Part shown: positions 1-12,631 of the stretch, piece after piece
How positions within the stretch are numbered: position 1 is the first letter of the stretch
How the letters are laid out: the number at the start of each line of letters is the position of its first letter
NCBI GenBank assembly: GCA_964016885.1
Contig: OZ024753.1
Coordinates: 8,928,001 to 8,992,000, forward strand
Direction: 5' to 3'
Length of the DNA stretch: 64,000 bases
Origin: Eledone cirrhosa
Taxonomy: Eukaryota
Notes under the pieces: model-generated
Told to the model about the DNA's origin: nothing
Seen by the model: the letters and a program-made list of their open reading frames with translations, nothing else
The model's database searches: none
Made by a program: the position numbers and the translations under genes

Positions 1-120
1 GGAGATCTAGCCAGATCAGTTGGAGACAGTTACTTGTGACAGGACCCACTGGGGGGAGTGTTTGAGGACTCTGCCCCCATGACCCTCTCAGGAATAAGTA
101 GGCGAAAAAGAAGAAAAAGA
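1..120 (+). mobile_element. 3' end of RTE (Expander-like) LINE
   Basis: Near-identical to 46512-46626, the 3' end of the RTE fragment at 45200-46626; ends in a GAA-rich tail. Confidence 0.75.
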
Positions 121-452
121 AAAATCCAATTCTATTCATTTTTATTGAACATAAGAATTATCCGGAATTCCAAGAGAAAGGATTAATTCCTGAAATAATT
201 TTTAATTTAATTTTTCTAATGAAACACCTCAGCATCAAATTAATTTTCAAGTTTTATTTTATAAAACACTTTTTTAATTAAAATAATATTTTATGTTTCA
301 GAATATATAAAAAAAATCACTTTTCGTTCACTTTAAAAAAAAAAGATTTTTATTGATTCTTATCATAGATTTCTTCATAACCATGAGATATCCCAGACCT
401 TTTCCAGTTATCTTACAGAAAACCAATTACTGGACACTAATAACTGAAGTAC

Positions 453-615
453 ACTCTCTCTCTCTCTCTCTCTCTCTCTCCCCCATCTTTCTCTCTCTCT
501 CTCCCTCCCCCATCTTTCTCTCTCTCTCTCCCTCCATCTTTCTCTCTCTCTCTCCCTCCATCTTTCTCTCTCTCTGTCTCCATTTTTCCCTCTTTCCTGC
601 TCTCTCTCTCTCCCT

Positions 616-652
<37 letters not shown>

Positions 653-893
653 TTTCTCTCTCTCTGTCTCCCATTTGTCTCTCTTTCCCGCTCTCTGTCT
701 CTCGCTTAATCCTTCTTTCTCTCTCTGTCTCGCTTCCCCCCCTTTCCTTTCCCTCTGTCTCTCTCCATCTCTCTCCATCTCTCTCTCTTTTTCTCTCTCC
801 ATCTCTCTCTCTCTTTCTCTCTCTCACTCACCATCTCTCTATCTACCCCCCCCCCTCTCTCTATCTCTCTCTCTCCCCCTTTCCATCCCTCTC
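453..893. repeat. (TC)n-rich compound microsatellite
   Basis: CT dinucleotide runs interrupted by CCATCTT; explains the SL/RE-rich ORFs at 353-953. Confidence 0.95.
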
Positions 894-1187
894 TTAAAGA
901 TAATAATTTCTAATTTTGGCACCAGGCCACACAATTTTCGAGGAGAAGTGTAAGTGATTGAATGAAACCAGTATATTATTAGAGTTTAATTTATCGACTC
1001 TAGTGGGATATGAACTGTAACATATATAAATACCACAAGGTATTCCTTTCCTCCCTCTCCCATTTCTCTCATTTATTCACCAATTCTTTTTTATTTAATA
1101 ACAAGCATAATAAAAATAAAAGTATTTATTGGGGTAAATTTTAAAAATTAACCAAAATAAAAATTATGGAAATTGCTCCCTCTAAAC

Positions 1188-1374
1188 CAGGCATGTCAAA
1201 CTAAGGTTACCCCGAGGGCCACATGGGTCACACATGTGTTGTCTGAGGGCCACACATGACAACTAATTGCGCACATTACAATTAATATTTTATATTTTAT
1301 ATTACACTCACACTGTAAAAACCTCTGTGGGGCCGCAGGTGTGCTTGTAAAGGGCTGCGTGTTTGACATGCCTG
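1188..1374. mobile_element. hAT (Charlie-like) MITE
   Basis: Perfect 14-bp TIR CAGGCATGTCAAAC...GTTTGACATGCCTG. The 8-bp flanks ctctaaac/ttttaaag fit a decayed NTCTAGAN-type TSD. Confidence 0.75.
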
Positions 1375-1399
1375 TTTTAAAGCATAGAATTAGTTCCCC

Positions 1400-2127
1400 G
1401 CCTTAACCTAATAAACCTTACTACCTGTGGTGTGCAGAAAGTGGGAATGGGTGGCAGGTGTGACGGGCCCTCAGGCATCCATATTGTGAGGTCATACAAC
1501 CAAATAGTCATTCAATCTAGCTTCTGGGCACAGTGCCCATTGTCTAAACTGGCTTTAATTAACAATGAGGTGGCCCGGGGCATTACCAAAGCTCTTGCTT
1601 GCCCCTGCCCTTACCTACAGGCCATGAGGACTTACCTGTTATCCTATGTTTAATATTTATTAAACATAAACAAATAATTATATTCAGGTAAATTTTCGAA
1701 ATTAAAAACATTGATGGAAATTCAATACCATAGAATTGATTTCCCTACTTTTGTTTGGCATTTTAACAAAATAATCCTTACCTACTGCTTATGGTGTGCA
1801 GAGAGTGGGAGAGGTGGCATGTGTGATGCCCCCCAGGCATCTATATCATGAGAGATTTTGAGGTTATCCAACCAAACAGTCATACAGGGTTCTTCTTTCA
1901 ATACGGCAACTGCACACAGTGTCCATTGATTGACCAGCTTGACTTTAATTAACAAAGAGTTGGCTCCTGGGCATCACAAAACCTTCACTTGCCCCAGCCC
2001 ACTGCCTACTGTCCATGAGAATTTACCCTGTTTACCTGTTGCCCTGGGACTAATATTTATTAAAGATAAACAAACAATTCTATTCAGGTAAATTTTCAAA
2101 ATTAAAAACACTGATGGAAATTCAATA
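1400..2127. repeat. Diverged direct duplication (~1400-1727 vs ~1770-2127)
   Basis: Colinear shared blocks: GGTGTGCAGA, CAGGCATC, CTTTAATTAACAA, TAATATTTATTAAA, TATTCAGGTAAATTTTC, TGATGGAAATTCAATA. Confidence 0.75.
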
Positions 2128-2919
2128 TTATTGTGTTGTTTTCAATTTTGGTAACTTGGCTAGAATACAAGTGTGATGTTATATAGAACACAGCTGCCAG
2201 AATACTTATCTGTTTTTATTCTGCTCAAGTCCAAGAGAATTTATATATAATAACTAATCTTTATTCATAAGTGTGCTATTTTTCTATTTGCCCATAGCAA
2301 ATACCATCAAAATAATCTTACTGAATGATAATTCTGTTGCACTTGTCTTGTGTAGTAAAACAAAGTTATAGCTTAGTGAATACTAAACTCTTTCTATTTG
2401 TAAATTTTTATAAGAAACTAGCCTATATTACCATAAACATTGTTGTACCTCAAATCACTAATATTATACTGCTGTACAATATAATTTTCTACCGAGTAAA
2501 TATTTGATATGCAGAAAGAGAAATAGATATAAGAATAGAAGCAAACTATGAAATTTTGGTTTGTATTTAAAAGTTTCGAAATAGAATGTCTTACTGCATG
2601 ACTGCGCAGTCATATTTTATCATAAGAACATAATGAACGTGTGGATGTTAAGTGATTTGCTTAAGCTTTTCAGTTTGGGAATAAACCACTGTATTCTTAA
2701 TAATTTCTATCAAAGTTCAAACTAGGCAGCACTCGTCTTAATCATCTGTATCTATAAATAGAAGTTATTTCTCATATCTAAGGTAAGATCACATAAGATC
2801 AGTTTAGATAAACGAAAGTTATATATATTTATCCACCTAGCTCTCTTGATGCCACATGATGGTTCTAAAACATCTTTCAGAATATATCTAAATACATACA
2901 CACATACATATATATATAT

Positions 2920-3840
2920 ATCATCATCATCATCATCATCGTTTAACGTCCATATCCCACGCTTGCATGGGTTTGGACGGGAGTTTTCCCACTTGAGGCA
3001 ACAATGGTTGTCTTGCTCGCATAGGACTGTCTGGCGGGTTTTCTACAGCTGGATGCCCTTCCTAACACCAACGACATTTACAGTGTGGACTGGGAGGTTT
3101 TTACCGTGTTACCTACACAGCCACATTACAGCGTGGACTGTGTGTTTTTTTGTCGTGACACCTACACGACCTCATTTGTTTCGGCCTGGATGTTGTGGTA
3201 CCAACATAACTTTACATTAAAAGGGGTGGTGTGGATGGTGTGGGGTTAGTGAGACGGGGGTGTATTTTGTTAGAGGTGCCTACTGACTGTAGTAGGTTTT
3301 ACTTTGTATTTAGGTAAGGCGGATCTTCTCTATTACTGTGTAGCGCCAAAGATCTCGGTCCAGTGACATTGTCTTGGAGAGGTGTAAGTGTGTGAGGTCG
3401 GAATTTATCAAGTCGTCCCAGGTTTTTCTGGGTCTGCCTATTCCGTGGCTACCGTCTATTTTTATTGCCCTGCACTTTTTTATACAGCTGTCGTCTTTCA
3501 TGCGCATCACGTGACCATACTAACGTAGCCTTCTCTCGAGTAAACAACATCTGATCCCTCTTATTTCTAATTTTTCCTTTAGTTCGTTTATGCTTTGCCG
3601 TTCACGTATATTACTATTACACATCCAGCGGAGCATGCAAGCTTCATTCGTCTCTAGTCTGCGTATATCCTCTGCACACAATGCCCAGGTCTCACTGCCA
3701 TGCAACATTGCTGTTCGTATGCAGGCATCATACAGCCTGCCTTTCATTTTTAGGGAGAACCCTTTAGTGGCTAATAGTGGTATAAGCTCTCTGAACTTTT
3801 TCCATGCAGTTCTGACTCTAGCTACTGTACTTTCAGAGCA
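2920..3840 (-). mobile_element. 5'-truncated RTE-clade LINE (RT C-terminus, 3' UTR, GAT tail)
   Basis: Peptide ARVRTAWKKFRELIPLL...LYDACIRTAMLHGSETW...RRLR*YGHVMR...GRPRKTW, with an in-frame stop at the conserved W; (GAT)n tail at 2920-2940. Confidence 0.92.
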
Positions 3841-3861
3841 CATATATATATATATATATAC

Positions 3862-3894
<33 letters not shown>

Positions 3895-3898
<4 letters not shown>

Positions 3899-4090
3899 AA
3901 AAAGGTTTGACCCCGACGGCAGAGCTCAAGCCGTTTCGACAGCTATTTCTGGACTGAAATAGCCATCGAAACAGCTTGAGCTCTGCCGTCGGGGTCAAAC
4001 ATTTTCCTATTACCCACTCTACTACCCTAAGTATTGAGTACTCTGGTGCATTATGGCCCATCTGGTTCCTTACCACACCTCCTTCGTTAT
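3895..4090 (+). mobile_element. Fold-back PLE-like pLTR remnant (palindrome plus tail) in (TA)n
   Basis: ~55-bp arms around TGGACT. The right arm carries GAAAC-stem III-GTC (3' half of a hammerhead). Paralogs at 14597, 51200 and 60870, partial copy at 4099. Confidence 0.7.
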
Positions 4091-4226
4091 ATATATAAAT
4101 AGGAAAAGAGTCAGGACCCCGACGGTTGAGCTCCGACTGTTTCGACAGCTAGATCCAAACGCATATAATATATGTATATATATATTAGATATTAATTTAA
4201 CAATGAAAATAATGTTTTCTTATATA

Positions 4227-4403
4227 AGCACAACGCCAGCATATTTTGGGGGAGGGGATAGTCGATTCAATCGTGCGTGACTGGTACTTTATTTTATCAA
4301 CCCCGTAAGGAAGGATGAAAGGCAAAGTGAACATAAAGGGCCGTAACTCTATGCTGCAAAGCATGGCGTCCGACCCGCTACCGATACTGCCAATCCACCA
4401 CCG
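4227..4403 (-). mobile_element. SINE with Meta-like central domain
   Basis: Reverse complement of GCCTTTCATCCTT..GGGGTCGATAAAATAAAGTACCAG; same family as 41424-41632. Confidence 0.75.
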
Positions 4404-4634
4404 ACACTGAAAAACAATGAAAATAATAAAAACAAAGAGTTATTTTACCTAGTCATATTACTGTTTTACGATCGTTTTGGAGGGTTGTTCATATTGACAT
4501 ATCGACTGAGCCATACCATTTATATAACTGTATACTACCAGACAATTAATACCTAATATCTGACTCTGTATCTATCTACAGTATGGACCCTACCACCAAG
4601 GGTAGACCACATTGAAATATATATATATATATAT

Positions 4635-5117
<483 letters not shown>

Positions 5118-5441
5118 CGAAGTTGCAGCTGCAGATTCACAATCGAATTTTGGAGGCTGTCATAAAGCACTCAATGAGAGAGTAATCAATAAGTTACTCC
5201 TCAGATTAATCACAATATGTTAGGTAATAGTGACAATAAATATATATATATATATAGTGAAATATGAACACATCAAGAAACAGTCCTTTTTTCTGAGGGG
5301 TCTATTGATAATCTGTATCAACTTCACAGTGATGATGCATTTTTATAGTGCAAAAATTGTTACACAGGGATCGCCGAAACTGCAGTCGGGAATTTGAAGA
5401 AAATATAGGTATATTTTTGTATATTATTTCCTCATATTTTG

Positions 5442-5505
<64 letters not shown>

Positions 5506-5674
5506 CAAAATATGAGGAAATAATATATATAAGAATAAAGATTAACAAGAATTTTAATTAAATCCTTTAATTGATTTATGATCGTTTCATTAGACATACA
5601 AGAAAATTCCATTCCTGTTAGAATAGACTCCTCAGAATCAATTACATATAAATAATATACTTTAGTAGCCATGA

Positions 5675-5756
<82 letters not shown>

Positions 5757-5946
5757 CAAATGAAGAAAGAAAGAAGCTGGATGGATGAGGAGAGAAGCAA
5801 GGAATTAGTTACGCATTTGTTAGACATAAATTTTGGTGTAGAATCTAAGATTGTTATTTGTTAACATAGTTTCTACAGCATGTTTCTAGAAATTTCTATA
5901 TATCACTTCTAAAACATTCTATTGTACTCATACTTTTAACACACAC

Positions 5947-5979
<33 letters not shown>

Positions 5980-6388
5980 GTTGGAACACAATGGACCTGA
6001 CCTGGTGGTTTTGGACAAAGAAAAAAGATCGTGCCTGATTGTGGATGTGGCCTGCCCATTCGACACGAGAGTGCAAGATAAGGAGAGGGAGAAAATTAAC
6101 CGATACCAGGACTTAAAGTGGGAGGTAAAAAGGATTTGGAACTGCTATGAAGTCAAAGTGGTCCCGATTGTCATAGGGACACTAGGTACTATCTCAAAAA
6201 GTTTCCAGGGATGGTTAAAGAAAATTGGCCCCTTCACACTTTTTGGAATGCTTCAAAAGGCATGCTTGCTGGGAACAGCAAGAACCCTCCGATACATCCT
6301 GAATATCTGAGGCTGCACGTAGTGGCTTGATATTCATTTCAACAAACTTTCCAGTTAAATAACATCAATGACTGAGACTCAAAGAACA
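5980..6388 (+). mobile_element. 5'-truncated R4/Dong-clade non-LTR retrotransposon (REL endonuclease C-terminus)
   Basis: ORF 5981-6310: PDLVVLDK..LIVDVACPFD...EKINRYQDL...VVPIVIGTLG...QKACLLGTAR, the PD..D restriction-like endonuclease signature. Flanked on both sides by (TAA)n. Confidence 0.9.
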
Positions 6389-6519
6389 ATAATAATAATA
6401 ACGTAATTCCCTGATGGGGTTGGGTGGGGGAAGTGTCTGACAAACAATCACAGCAGGTGATTTTTCACATGTTCATACAAGCAAGCAGCAGTATGTGACA
6501 AAAACATTCTATAACAATG

Positions 6520-6960
6520 TGTCTAAGTGTGATGGGTGTATGTGTGTGTGTGTGTGTAGGTGGATGGGTGAGTGGAGTGTGAATGTGTCTGAGCGTGGGT
6601 GTGATGGGTGTATGTGTGTGTGTGTAGGTGGATGGGTGAGTGGAGTGTGAATGTGTCTGAGTGTGGGTGTGATGGGTGTATGTGTGTGCGTAGGTGGATG
6701 GGTGAATGGGAGTGTGAATGTGTCTGAGTGTGATGGGTGATGGGTGTATGTGTGTGTGTGTGTGTAGGTGGATGGGTGAGTGAGTGAGTGCGAGTGAGTG
6801 TGTGGGTGAGTGTGTGTGTATGTATGTATATATATATGTGTGTGTGTATATATATGTGTGTGTGTGTGTATGTGTGTGTGTATATATATATATGTGTGTA
6901 TATATATATATCTATGTGTGTGTATGTATATATATATATATGTGTATATATATATGTGTG

Positions 6961-7001
<41 letters not shown>

Positions 7002-7172
7002 CTATATATATGTGTGTGTATGTATATATATGTGTGTGTGTGTATATATATATATGTGTGTGTATGTATATATATATATATGTGTGTATATATATATATA
7101 TATATGTGTGTGTATGTATATATATATAAATATATGTGTGTATATATATATATATATATGTATGTGTGTATG

Positions 7173-7224
<52 letters not shown>

Positions 7225-7990
7225 GAAGCCCAAACACTCTGTTGTGTTCATAGTAAACATATTTTACACAATAAATTACACCAACATAAACAGAGAGAGA
7301 GGGGGAGGAGGGAGTAACAGAGAGGGGGGAGGATGGGAGTAACAGAGAGAGAGGGAGGGAGGAGGCGTAACGGAGACAGAGAGAGAGGGGGAGTAACAGA
7401 GAGAGGGTGGAGGGAGTAACAGAGTGAGAGAGACAGAGAGAAGGGAGGAGGAGGGTAACAGAGAAACAGAGAGAGGGGGGGTAACAGAGAGAGGGGGATG
7501 AGAGGAGTAACAGAGAGAGAGAGAGAGAGACATGTCTGAGAACAGTTAAAGATATTATCTTAATTACTAAATGACTTTTACCAGAACCACTGATAACATA
7601 TCTCCAACATAACTCCTTCTTTTCTTCTCTATCTTCTCCTTTTTCTTCTTCTCTTTCTTCTTCTCCTTTTTCCTTCTCTATCTTCTTCTCTTTCTTCTTC
7701 TCTTTCTTCTTCTCTTTCTTCTTCTCTTTCTTCTTCTCTTTCTTCTTCTCCTTTTTCTTCTCTATCTTCTTTTTTCTTCTCTATCTTCTCTTTCTTCTCT
7801 TTTTTTCTTCTCTATCTTCTCTTTCTTTTCTTTCTTCTTTTTCTTCTTCTTAACTCTCTTCTTCCTCTTTTCTTTCTTCTTCTCTTCTTCTCTTCTATTT
7901 CTTCTTCTCTTTCTTTCTTCTTCCTCCTTCTTCTTCTTCTCTATTTTTCTTTTTCTTCTCTTTATTCTTCTTCTTACTATTATTATTTTT
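6520..7990. repeat. Minisatellite followed by (TG/TA)n, GA-rich and (TTC)n simple repeats
   Basis: ~65-70-bp GT-rich units at 6520-6790, TG/TA at 6800-7222, GTAACAGAGAG units at 7290-7530, TTC-rich at 7610-7975. Confidence 0.9.
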
Positions 7991-8181
7991 CTTACTCTAG
8001 TTGTTGCTGTGGTAGTTGTTGATATAGTTACTGCTACTTATGTCATTGTTGCTTATGTTGTTGTTGTTGTTTTTGTCTTTGATTTTTCTTTTGCACAGTT
8101 TTGATTATGACAGATGATAACAAACAGACTTAAAATGGTGGTGGATTACATTATTAACCACAGATTGGACTAATAAACTTA

Positions 8182-9012
8182 TTAAACTCTTTTGCATTTA
8201 AACCAGCCATATCCAGCCAGAATTCTCTCACCTCTTTCTGTTCATACTGGCTGTAACTGGCTGCTCATACTTATGTTAAGGTACTGTTTTGACGCTAAAC
8301 TCCACCAGTTGCAGACTGTGCATCAACATGAGATATTTTTCTCCACAAAGTTCTATCACCAGCAGCAAAGTTTAAAAGAGCAAAGATCAAGTCCAGTCCA
8401 TAGGTTGACATTATCAAGCCATCGTTTTGGCTGCTGACCTCTGCTTCTCTTACCAGCCAACCTTCCTTCCAGGCATAACCTACTCACACCACGAGTTGAT
8501 CTTTTTATATGGCCGTATAGTTTGAGTACTTTTGACTTGACAATTGATGTAATTGGTCTAACTTTGGTAATGTTGAGCAGCTCACTGATACAGATATGGT
8601 CGCTGAGCTGCTTGCCAGTTATAAGTCTCATTGCTCTAGGTTGGGTAGCTTTCAACAAGAACAAGAAAGTATTAAAATCAAAATGAGTTTCCTATCATTT
8701 GGAAGCTAAGATCTTTGATACTTACATCCTACCAGTTGTGTTATATGGTCTTGACTGTGTTAATTGGACGACAAGGTCACTTCAGAAGCTCTCTACATTC
8801 CAGAACCACATCATGAGACTTATGACTGGCAAGTAGCTCAGTGGCAGTATCTGTATCAGTGAGCTGCTCAACAATACCAGACTTAAACCAATTACATGTT
8901 AAGGTATTCCTCTCAAAATAAATAATATCAGAATCTCATAGATTCAATATTATGTGAGATAAAGCCTTTACCATGAAAATATAATAGAGTAATGTAAATA
9001 CTAAAGGTTTAA
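8182..9012. mobile_element. piggyBac-type MITE interrupted by a LINE
   Basis: TTAA at both ends with decayed CCCTTTAGCATTT-type TIRs; the two halves match the intact copy at 62292-62507. Confidence 0.8.
8284..8895 (-). mobile_element. RTE LINE fragment with 5' inversion and 11-bp TSD
   Basis: TSD ATGTTAAGGTA at 8273-8283 and 8896-8906. Minus part encodes KLYGHIKR...GKRSRGQQPKRWLD; plus part encodes WVAFNKNK...YILPVVLYG. Confidence 0.85.
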
Positions 9013-9085
9013 CCTATTTCATACCAAACCACATACAGTTGCTCCTTCTTTCGGTGATAGTAACCTTTTAATTAAAGTGTTTATA

Positions 9086-9998
9086 TGAGGGTAGGATAAA
9101 AAGTACATAGACCGACCATGAAAGAGTGATGCTAGTGCTGTGAAATCTTGGATGCATTAATTCCAACACTTCTTATTAATAACTGCATTGTTTCTTTACA
9201 GGGACTATGTTGAAAAATTTACCTCATTTGGTCATTCCATGAGAGTATCTTGGTCAGTCTATGAACGAGTTATGCTAGAGCTGTGAAATCTTGCATGTAT
9301 TAATTTCAAATTTTCTGATAAATAACTGCATTGTTTCTTTCCAGGGACTATGTTGAAAAATTTACCTCATTTGGTCATTCCATGAGAGTATCTTGGTCAG
9401 TCTATGAACGAGTTATGCTAGAGCTGTGAAATCTTGCATGCATTAATTTCAAATCTTCTGATAAATAACTGCATTGTTTCTTTCCAGGGACTATGTTGAA
9501 AAGAAAACCTCATTTGGTCATTCCATGAGAGTATCTTGGTCAGCCTATGAAGGAGTGATGCTAGAGCTGTGAAATCTTGCATACATTAATTTCCACTCTT
9601 CTTATTAATAACTGCATTGTTTCTTTCCAAGGACTATGTTGAAAAGGAAACCTCATTTGGTCATTCCATGAGAGTATCTTGGTCAGCCTATGAAGGAGTG
9701 ATGCTAGAGCTGTGAAATCTTGCATACATTAATTTCCACTCTTCTTATTAATAACTGCATTGTTTCTTTCCAAGGACTATGTTGAAAAGAAAACCTCATT
9801 TGGTCATTCCATGAGAGTATCTTGGTCAGCCTATGAAGGAGTGATGCTAGAGCTGTGAAATCTTGCATACATTAATTTCCACTCTTCTTATTAATAACTG
9901 CATTGTTTCTTTCCAAGGACTATGTTGAAAAGGAAACCTCATTTGGTCATTCCATGAGAGTATCTTTGTCAGCATATGAACTTTTCTCCCAACTCTCA
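9086..9998 (+). mobile_element. Mariner-derived MITE with 6 internal 143-bp tandem units
   Basis: TA-flanked TIR-like ends (TGAGGGTAGGATAAAAAGT...ACTTTTCTCCCAACTCTCA). Period 143 bp (9549, 9692, 9835). Each unit contains GACTATGTTGAAAA (DYVEK, mariner transposase C-terminus). Confidence 0.8.
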
Positions 9999-10094
9999 TA
10001 CATACGTGACCAACTTAAATATCATCTATCTTTTGTCAATCAAAATTTAAAAGAATATCCAGCCATTATACTGGAGTTGACAGCATTATGAAGG

Positions 10095-10295
10095 AAGAAC
10101 CATCATCATTGTTTTTATGTCTGTTTTTCCATGTTTGCATCCTCTCCACTCTCCGAGTTCCTTTGTCATTTCTTCTGTGAGTTTCAGAGATTTGAAATCA
10201 GCTCTTACCACCTCCACCCAGGTCGTTCTTGATCTAACTCTGTTGCAACTTCCTTCCACTGGGATTTCCTGACACTTTTTCACCCCCAATCATCA
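10095..10295 (-). mobile_element. RTE LINE 3' fragment
   Basis: Peptide VKKCQEIPVEGSCNRVRSRTTWVEVVRADF, homologous to the 3310-3510 peptide; GAT tail. Confidence 0.7.
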
Positions 10296-11737
10296 TCCAC
10301 GTGGGTAATTTTATTCTATTTATATTATCAACCGAAAGATGCCAAACCTCATTCACCTACCCAGTGGTGTGAACCTCATCAAATCGGACCAAGGAAACAA
10401 TGTTTCCAAAGGACTTTCCAATTGCTGATATTATCTACTGGTCACAGTGCCTTGTAATAGATTACTTTAAAACAAATATATTGGAATAAAAGACAATTTA
10501 GAGTACAAATAATTATAAAAATATCAATTTTCTTTGTTTTATTTTCATTAGGCTCGATGACACGCTTTTAGAGCAGACAAATTGTCTTCTATAAAAGAGC
10601 TAACCTGCTACACATTAGTTGTTATATATACCAACAAACTTGGTCATCTATTGATCTAACATTTATCATAAGCAACAAACAATTTACTACTACAAATAGA
10701 AACCAACTGTGAAGGTTTTGCTTGAAAAAACCTGAACTTGTTTATAATCCTATAGATCAAACTATGAAGTACAGTAGTTATGAGTTCGAATCCCTGGTGG
10801 ATTAGCAATAAAGTAAGAATAATTAATAATGAACAAAAGCTTTGTGATATTTACATTGTCTTTTATATTCTGAATTTGAATATCATGGTAGTTTACTGTT
10901 TTATATTTTTATGACGTTATTAAAACAAAGACTAACAGTTTAGTACTGAGTGAAATATGTGTGGCCTTGTGAACAGGGGCTGGGCTTGCAATTGAAATGC
11001 TATGGGCTTAATTTAATCAAAATTTAATCCCCCAAGAGATGAAATTGGAACATAATCCTCTGAAATTTCCTTAAACCCTAAAGAAGGGACTTTTAGGTCC
11101 CAAAATATTGGACAGAAAAAAGACCAACAACAACAAAAAACAAAACAAAGATTACTAGGTAACTTACTTTTTATTACCTCATCTTACAGTCCATTTTGCA
11201 TTGTTTAGCCTTCTATCTCTTTCCCCATTATATATTACTAGCATGTGTAGTGTGCATATTGACATTATATGCAAATATAATAGTGTGCATATTGACATTA
11301 TATGCAAATATATATGCATGTAGATATGTTATGTCAAATAAAATCGTAATTGGCAATATGCACTGAAATTGAAGAGAGACTGTGTTACACTCTCTTATGT
11401 AATCAGTAAAGTAATCCATGATGCATTTAAAAAAAGATATATATAAACTGCATTATGGTTGCATTGTTTAACCTTCTATCTCTTTCCAAGTTATATATTT
11501 TATACAATGCTTCAAGCAAACTACAACATTTTATTATCATTATGGGTTCAAATCCTGGACCAGTCTACACATTGTATTTTCAGCAAAACACTAAATTTTA
11601 CATTGCTCAAGTTCACTCAACTGAAAATCAGTGCCACCTGCAACAGCAGCAATGGGGGGAGGGGGTACCTGTGAAGAACTAGTCCCCTGTCTAGGGGAGA
11701 ATCTTGTATTCTCAATTGCTAATCATCATCATCATTA

Positions 11738-11945
11738 TCCTTTAAAACCTCCATGCTTCCTGAAATTCACCAACACTACACCTGATATCCCCCCATCCAC
11801 ACACACACACACACACACACATATAATCATGACTCATACACTGTTCATTTTCCTGACATTTGTACATTATTCTATGTACTATACATGCACCTTTGATGAG
11901 TTGTAGTGCACCTGAGCACTGTACACAATAATTTCATTATTATTA
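11738..11945 (+). mobile_element. CR1-like LINE 3' end
   Basis: Matches the reverse complement of 38890-39105; ends in (ATT)n. Confidence 0.7.
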
Positions 11946-12631
11946 TCATTTTTACGTCTGTTTTTCCACACTTGAATGGGTTGGGTGGATCCTTCTCAGC
12001 CCAACATCTATCCCCTGACTCTGTTCCTTTGTCATCTCCTCAGTGAGACTCAGCAATTCGAGGTCTGCCTCTTATCATCTCTGCCCAGATATGTTTTGGT
12101 CTACCTTTACTGTGGCATCCTTCCACTAGCATTTCCTGGCACTTCTTCATCCATCAATTTATAATTTCACTGTAGAAAAATAATTTATTATTAACAAATT
12201 GTTTTAGATTATTCTTACATTCTAATTTATTTCACAACTGGTGAATTTACAGAAGAGTTAACTCATCAAATAGAATGCTTTGTGGTCTGTGTTCTGAGTT
12301 AAAATCTTACAGAGGTCAACTTTGTCTTCCATCCTTTTGAGGTCAATAAAAACAGTAACAGTTCAGTACTAGGGTCGATTCCCCCGTCCCTCTCTCTCTC
12401 TCACATTCGCACTCTATCTCACTCTTTCTCTCTCTTACTCTTTCGCCCTCTCTCTCTCACTCTCTCACCCTCTCTCTCTCTCTGGAAGAAATTGGCCGTA
12501 TTCAAACCTAGAGAGGGGATGGGCTCTACTAGGTTTAAAATGCCCCCCCCCCCCCCCCAAAAAAATGTTATATATCACTACAGCGCACCTATGACACTAT
12601 CAGGATTTACATGTCCATATATATATATATA

